Assembly: GCA_964600385.1 (NCBI GenBank)
Contig: CAZRJC010000006.1
Location: forward strand, 33,323 to 97,322
DNA length: 64,000 nt
Source: an uncultured Muribaculaceae bacterium
GTDB taxonomy: Bacteria > Bacteroidota > Bacteroidia > Bacteroidales > UBA932
Direction: 5' to 3'
The position numbers and the translations under genes were made by a program. Below are positions 58,948-64,000 of this stretch, one piece after another. Positions within the stretch are counted from its first letter, which is position 1; every line of letters begins with the position of its first letter. The notes under the pieces are model-generated. The model had not been told where the DNA came from, did not search any database, and was given only the letters and a program-made list of their open reading frames with translations.

Positions 58948-59421
58948 ATGTCCAAGACTCATTATCTCACAGCCGAAGGGCTTGAGAAACTTAAGGAAGA
59001 ATTGAATCAATTGACGTCTGTTGAAAGGGAGGCTGCCGCTCGTGCCATTGCCGAGGCCAGGGACAAAGGAGACCTGTCTGAAAACGCAGAATACGATGCT
59101 GCAAAAGATGCCCAGGGACTTCTTGAGCTGAGGATTGCCAACCTGCAGACATTGATTGCCAATGCCAGGGTTGTGGATGAGTCCAGACTGAATACCAAGG
59201 TCGTGCAGATCATGAATAAGGTCAGGATCCGCAACTGCAAGAACAATTCCATTATGGAAGTCACATTGGTAGGGGAGAGTGAAGCCAACCTGGCAGAGGG
59301 CAGACTGGCCGTTTCTTCTCCCATAGGAAAAGGCCTTCTGGGCAAAAAGAAAGGTGAGATCGCTCCGGTCAATACCCCTTCGGGAGTCATACAGTTTGAA
59401 ATTTTAGATATTGCAAAATAA
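58948..59421 (+). CDS. greA: Transcription elongation factor GreA
   Basis: 157 aa from ATG 58948 (MSKTHYLTAEGLEKLKEEL..). DLSENAEYDAAKD and C-terminal SPIGKGLLGKKKGE. Confidence 0.93.
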   Translation: MSKTHYLTAEGLEKLKEELNQLTSVEREAAARAIAEARDKGDLSENAEYDAAKDAQGLLELRIANLQTLIANARVVDESRLNTKVVQIMNKVRIRNCKNNSIMEVTLVGESEANLAEGRLAVSSPIGKGLLGKKKGEIAPVNTPSGVIQFEILDIAK

Positions 59422-59422
59422 C

Positions 59423-59818
59423 ATGGCAAGCATTTTTTCCCGTATAGTTGCCGGAGAAATACCGTCATACAAGATTGCAGAGGACGACAGGTTCTATGCT
59501 TTTCTTGACATCAGTCCCAAGAGACCCGGTCACACACTGGTCATTCCTAAAAAAGAAGTGGATTACATCTTTGATATCGATCCGGCCGATCTGGGCGATA
59601 TGTTTGTTTTTGCGCAAAGAGTGGCAAAAGCCATCAAGAAGGCCATCCCCTGCAAACGCGTGGGAGTTGCGGTGCTTGGGCTGGAAGTGCCTCATGCGCA
59701 TATCCACCTGATCCCCCTGCAAAAGGAAACGGATATGAACCTGCAACAGCCCAAATGCGATCTGTCTCCGGATCAGATGGCTGAAATCTGCCGGAGTATT
59801 GTCCAACAATTTGAATAA
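59423..59818 (+). CDS. HIT-family (histidine triad) protein
   Basis: 131 aa from ATG 59423; IFSRIVAGEIPSYK and the triad HAHIHLIP. Confidence 0.9.
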   Translation: MASIFSRIVAGEIPSYKIAEDDRFYAFLDISPKRPGHTLVIPKKEVDYIFDIDPADLGDMFVFAQRVAKAIKKAIPCKRVGVAVLGLEVPHAHIHLIPLQKETDMNLQQPKCDLSPDQMAEICRSIVQQFE

Positions 59819-59826
59819 TTAAACAT

Positions 59827-60975
59827 ATGAAAGTCAATTTTCAGTTTCTTGCGGTTGTCTCTGTTGCATCCGTAATGCTCTTTTCATGCAACAATGCCGA
59901 CCGTGTTTCGCTTCAGGGAAACGTATCGGGGATACCTCAGGATTCAGCCCTTGTGCTCAAACGTCTCGACATTAACATCGAATCGATAGTGGATACCGTT
60001 AAATACGATGAAAACGGGAATTTCAAATACAGTTACCAGGCCAATCAGCCCGGTTACTATTTTCTTTATGCAGGCGGCGTTAAAGTGGCTTCCCTGGTGC
60101 TGATGCCCGGCGACAGGGTAAAGGTAAAAGCCTCGGCAACCGACAAATCCTTTGATGTGGAAGGATCGGGCGAATCGTTGCTCTATAAGCAGGCCGACAG
60201 TCTGTTCGGGCGCTCTTTCAGGACTTTCGATTCCCTGTATGTGGTTTACCGTTCCGCCCCTGAAAACGAGAAAGACTCTCTGAGCCTGCAACTGGGACGG
60301 ATGTTCATAAAATACAAACAGGCCGCCATTCGTTTCATGTATTCCAATCCCCGTTCGTTTGTCAATACGGCGGTGGCTTTTCACGCCTTCCCGGACCAGA
60401 TGTATGTATTTTCAGATGCCAAAGACGCTCCCCTGCTGAAACGGGTCTACGACTCGCTGCAGCCCCTGTATCCCTCCTCGGTGTACATATCGGCGCTCCG
60501 CGAACGTTACGAATCCCTTGAAAAGGCACTGTCCTTTGACTCGGCGTTGTCCAATGTTGTGGTGACCGATTTTCCGGACATGTGCGTACCCGATATGAAC
60601 GGGCAGCCCGTTTGCCTGTCTTCGCTAAAGGGCAAGACCATACTGGTTTCCTTCTGGCATTCGCAAAACGTGGACATGCGTCTTGATAACAGGGAATTGC
60701 TTGATTTGTACGACGAGTTTTCCGCCCGCGGCCTGGAAGTGTACCAGGTAGCCCTCGATACCGATAAGACCATCTGGGCTTCTTCCGTCAGGGAACAGTC
60801 ATTGCCGTGGATCAGTGTGTGTGACGGACTGGGAGCTGCGTCTTCTGCCGTGGCTACCTATAATATCTCACAGATTCCGACCTATTTCATTATTGGGAGC
60901 GATGCCGAGATAAAAACGCGCCTTAACAGCATGGCCCAGGTAGAAAAGGAAATCAGAAGCCTTTTCGGGAAATAA
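59827..60975 (+). CDS. Thioredoxin-fold (TlpA/AhpC-TSA-like) lipoprotein lacking the CXXC active site
   Basis: Lipoprotein-like signal (..VMLFSCNN). The C-terminal ~140 aa follow the TlpA pattern (GKTILVSFW..., EVYQVALD, IPTYFII), but the redox motif position reads WHSQNVDM. Confidence 0.75.
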   Translation: MKVNFQFLAVVSVASVMLFSCNNADRVSLQGNVSGIPQDSALVLKRLDINIESIVDTVKYDENGNFKYSYQANQPGYYFLYAGGVKVASLVLMPGDRVKVKASATDKSFDVEGSGESLLYKQADSLFGRSFRTFDSLYVVYRSAPENEKDSLSLQLGRMFIKYKQAAIRFMYSNPRSFVNTAVAFHAFPDQMYVFSDAKDAPLLKRVYDSLQPLYPSSVYISALRERYESLEKALSFDSALSNVVVTDFPDMCVPDMNGQPVCLSSLKGKTILVSFWHSQNVDMRLDNRELLDLYDEFSARGLEVYQVALDTDKTIWASSVREQSLPWISVCDGLGAASSAVATYNISQIPTYFIIGSDAEIKTRLNSMAQVEKEIRSLFGK

Positions 60976-61651
60976 TTGCCTTGAATTCTTTAAGATAGAA
61001 GGGTGTAAAATACGCAACATCCTCAAACATTTTTTCGTCCCATGCTTTTTGCGCGGCTTTGGCCATACCGCAGGCATGGGATGAACTGTATATGAACCTG
61101 GCGTTGGGGTGTTGGATAACAGTACTGCATTTCTCTGCCCCGTTTCCTACGAATGCCACCGGACCCTGTTCCAGCAGACCGGCAAAACTGTCCGGGGTGA
61201 TGACCTCGGCTCTGACCTCGTCCACAGGCACGGCAAATCCTCCTGCATTATCCTGTTCTACCCTGAAGGTGGCCGTGTAGACCTCCATTCTCCGGGCATC
61301 TATCATGGGCACAATCCGGTACGGCATTTCGCCGCCCTTGTTGACATGAAGCTGGGCCAGCAACTGAAGCGAACAAACCGATATGAGGGGCAGCGAGGCC
61401 CCAAAGCAAAGTCCCTTGGCTGTAGAAACACCTACGCGCAGGCCTGTATAGGATCCCGGACCTTTACTTACGGCTACAGCCGAACAATCCCCGGCCGCAA
61501 GTCCGCATTCCTTCAAAACTTCGTCTATAAGTACAGCTAGCTGCGATGCGTGTGCCCTGGGTGCATGGGTCTCACGACTGACCATCCGGTCCGGGCTGTA
61601 CAAAGCAACAGAACAAACGTCCGTGCTGGTCTCAATCAGTAACAGATTCAT
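60953..61651 (-). CDS. tsaB: tRNA t6A37 biosynthesis protein TsaB
   Basis: 232 aa; MNLLLIETSTDVCSVAL, GPGSYTGLRVG. The 3' end overlaps the convergent thioredoxin-fold gene by 23 nt. Confidence 0.9.
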   Translation of the reverse strand: MNLLLIETSTDVCSVALYSPDRMVSRETHAPRAHASQLAVLIDEVLKECGLAAGDCSAVAVSKGPGSYTGLRVGVSTAKGLCFGASLPLISVCSLQLLAQLHVNKGGEMPYRIVPMIDARRMEVYTATFRVEQDNAGGFAVPVDEVRAEVITPDSFAGLLEQGPVAFVGNGAEKCSTVIQHPNARFIYSSSHACGMAKAAQKAWDEKMFEDVAYFTPFYLKEFKAIISRKGF

Positions 61652-62888
61652 CGGAACTTTTCGTAGTGGGGGTCACTTTGGTCCCGTTTTCAAGTGTTTT
61701 GGATATGGCTGTATAAGGACCGGTTACAATGCGATCTTCCAGGGAGAGCCCTTCTGTGATCTCAATATGCAGGTGATCCTGCAGTCCGGATTTGACTCTG
61801 ACGGCCTGTATGGTGTTATCTTCTTTCACGACAAAAACCTGTTCCACCAGTTCATTGGGACCCAGTTGGAGTTTGAGGCTGTCCGACAGAAGTTCTTCAC
61901 GCGTTGTGATGCACTGGATAGGTATGGCCAATGCGTTCTTGCGGGTTTCGGTCTGGATGGATACCGAGGCCGACATGCCGGGTCTGAAGGGATTGGCATG
62001 GCCGTCCTGTACCAGGTCTGCATAGGAAGAGGGCAGAATGTACACTTTGACTTCAAAGTTGGTGACCTGTTCCAGGGCTGATCCGATGTTCTTTGCGGAA
62101 TTGGCAATCTGCGTAACCACTCCCTCGAATTTTCTTCCGGGATAGGCGTCCACTTCCACCAGGGCTGTATCGTTCTTGCGGATCCTTACAATATCATTCT
62201 CGTTGACATCCACAAGCACTTCCATTTTTTCGAAATCGGCTATGCGAAGCATTTCGGTCCCTGCCATCTGGCTGGTTCCCACAACGCGTTCGCCACGCTC
62301 AACATAGAGTTTGGAAACGACACCGTTCATGGGGGCGAAAATGGTGGTTTTGGACAGGCTTTCCTCGGCTTCGGCCAGGCCTGCCTCGGAACTCTTCACA
62401 TTATAACGCGAAGCGTTCAGCTGTTCCTTGGTCATGGAGTATTCAGAAACGGAAGACTCGTATTCGGACTGCGAGATGGCTCCCTTTTCATACAGAGCCA
62501 TGTTCCTGTTGTAGGACAACTCGATTTGCTGGAATTTGGCCTCCTGTTGGGCGAGCTGGGCTTTTGCCTGGTTGAGGGCGGCTTCCATGCGGTCTCTGGC
62601 AGAGAGGTACTGGTCACGCTTGATCTGCAACAGCACCTGGCCTGCTTTTACCTGGTCCCCTTCTTTAACATTCAGCACAATGATCTCGCCCGATACGTCG
62701 GGACTGATCTTTACCTCCACCACGGGCTGTATCTTTCCGTTGGCCGGAATGATCTCGGTTATATCTTTAGTGATGGGATTAGTCACAGTGACTTCAACTC
62801 CTTTTCCGGATCTGCTTTTGCCAACCACTACGAGCACTATGATAAGTACTACGGCAGCTATTATGATCCACAAGACTGGTTTCTTCAT
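61632..62888 (-). CDS. Efflux periplasmic adaptor (membrane fusion protein, HlyD/MacA-like)
   Basis: 418 aa; N-terminal TM anchor, a lipoyl-like hairpin (G.I..L.VKEGD.VKAGQVL), a long coiled coil, then beta-barrel domains. Confidence 0.88.
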   Translation of the reverse strand: MKKPVLWIIIAAVVLIIVLVVVGKSRSGKGVEVTVTNPITKDITEIIPANGKIQPVVEVKISPDVSGEIIVLNVKEGDQVKAGQVLLQIKRDQYLSARDRMEAALNQAKAQLAQQEAKFQQIELSYNRNMALYEKGAISQSEYESSVSEYSMTKEQLNASRYNVKSSEAGLAEAEESLSKTTIFAPMNGVVSKLYVERGERVVGTSQMAGTEMLRIADFEKMEVLVDVNENDIVRIRKNDTALVEVDAYPGRKFEGVVTQIANSAKNIGSALEQVTNFEVKVYILPSSYADLVQDGHANPFRPGMSASVSIQTETRKNALAIPIQCITTREELLSDSLKLQLGPNELVEQVFVVKEDNTIQAVRVKSGLQDHLHIEITEGLSLEDRIVTGPYTAISKTLENGTKVTPTTKSSDESVTD

Positions 62889-62908
62889 ATTTGTGCTTTT
62901 GATTATGT

Positions 62909-64000
62909 TTACAGAGTAATAGGGTTCCCTTTATAGAAATCAAGGATTTTCAGCTTGAACACGTGTTCGTATTTAGACTGGATGTACTTGCTTTGAGCCT
63001 GGAACAGATTGGTTTTGGAAACGGTGTAGTCGGTGCCGTTGAGCAGTCCGAGGTCGAACTTCTCCTGAACATAACGGAACGATTCCTGCATGGCCGTTAC
63101 ATTCCTTTCCGAAGCCTGGCAGCGTAACCAGGTAGAGGTTGCATCGTTGGCTGCCTGTTGCACTTCCTTGAGCAGTACCTGTTGTGCGTTTTTCATCTCG
63201 AGCTCGGCTGCCTGATAGGCCAGTTTGGCGTTTTTGATATTCGTGTTCACCTGCCACTGATTGAAAACAGGCAAAGTAAAAGTAAGCCCTATGGAAGGAT
63301 TGTTATTGTTCTTCATCTGATCCCAGAACCCTGCCGATGAACCGCCAAAGATGTCTCCAATGCCGCCCGTGTTCCCGCTCTCCGGGTCGGTATCGCCATT
63401 ATCGTCAGATGATTTTTTTCCGGCATCTGAATAAAAACTGGAATATGACATGGTCAGCGATAGCTTTGGGGAACGTCCTCCCTTGGCAATGGCCAGTTCG
63501 TATTTGCGCTGTTCCAGGTTGAATTCGGTTTTCTTGATTTGGGGCAGCTGCTGGGATATATAGTACATTTCCTCTACAGAGACGGGTTCCATTTGGTCCA
63601 GGTTCCCGATTTCAGGGAAAGCAATCTGGAAATCGGTATCCATTGAAAGGTCCAGCAATTGTTTGAGGTTCAGCATGTAAGTGCGGACATTGTTTTCAGC
63701 ATCAACCACCTGCAGTTCTTCGGTGGCAAGCTGCGATTCCACTTCCAGGAGGGAACTGAGCGGCTGGCTGCCGGCTTCCACCAGTTGTTTGGAACGGGCG
63801 CATTGCTGAGCCACACTCTCGCGGCTCTGACGGGCAGTCTGCAGCACTTCATTTGCCAGCAGAACGTTCAGGTAACTGCGGGTGATTTCTATGGAAATCT
63901 CGTTGCGCAATTTCTGCACCTCCTGTACGGCTAATTGCAGTTTGGCTTTTTCCTGTTTGATGGTATTCAGTTTCTGAAGGCCGGTAAAAAGGTCCACGTC
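62909..64000 (-). CDS. TolC-family outer-membrane efflux protein (5' end beyond the window)
   Basis: The ORF is open to the window edge. It has the repeated coiled-coil/beta pattern of the OEP family (..YLNVLLANEVL.., ..L.V..AQ..LL...) and ends ..FYKGNPITL. Confidence 0.85.
   Translation of the reverse strand, partial: DVDLFTGLQKLNTIKQEKAKLQLAVQEVQKLRNEISIEITRSYLNVLLANEVLQTARQSRESVAQQCARSKQLVEAGSQPLSSLLEVESQLATEELQVVDAENNVRTYMLNLKQLLDLSMDTDFQIAFPEIGNLDQMEPVSVEEMYYISQQLPQIKKTEFNLEQRKYELAIAKGGRSPKLSLTMSYSSFYSDAGKKSSDDNGDTDPESGNTGGIGDIFGGSSAGFWDQMKNNNNPSIGLTFTLPVFNQWQVNTNIKNAKLAYQAAELEMKNAQQVLLKEVQQAANDATSTWLRCQASERNVTAMQESFRYVQEKFDLGLLNGTDYTVSKTNLFQAQSKYIQSKYEHVFKLKILDFYKGNPITL

Overview
The window is a densely packed (roughly 95% coding) core-chromosome segment that looks like Bacteroidota, probably Bacteroidales. 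Four things support this: the atpDC-x-BEFHAG operon order, TAnnTTTG promoter boxes in nearly every intergenic gap, the near-total absence of Shine-Dalgarno (SD) sequences, and a GH133-GT4-GH57 glycogen cluster. I call about 58 CDS. In order they are: recJ (partial), parE-parC, the full F-type ATP synthase operon, rpsU / Xer-family recombinase / hpf, hutU, mutA-mutB, the lplA-PAP2-obg-adk-hpt operon, purE, a ComEA-like HhH/beta-barrel protein, a DAG-kinase-family lipid kinase, parA-parB-membrane protein-LysM transglycosylase, cmk-ispH-PriA-like, a sigma-54 response regulator convergent with a 1185-aa histidine kinase, rlmH, prs-nadE-small ORF-der, engB, xseA-xseB, a porin, a glycogen metabolism cluster (glgB, GH133, GT4, GH57, GT3-GT35 fusion), ribF, greA, a HIT protein, a thioredoxin-fold lipoprotein, tsaB, and an efflux adaptor plus TolC (partial). 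I found no rRNA, tRNA, CRISPR array, IS or phage genes, or recognisable defence or toxin system. I therefore cannot honestly point to a self-contained novel system here. The most unusual items are: (1) an intact but motif-dead, truncated PriA homologue translationally coupled to ispH; (2) strong GGAGG SD sequences in front of rpsU and hpf only, in an otherwise SD-free window; (3) five promoters whose -7 box sits 3-4 nt from the ATG, suggesting leaderless mRNAs; (4) a glycogen synthase/phosphorylase fusion; (5) a sigma-54 activator with no DNA-binding domain; (6) a ComEA-HhH domain fused to a putative outer-membrane barrel; (7) a structured greA leader. All family assignments come from reading motifs in the supplied translations; no database search was run.
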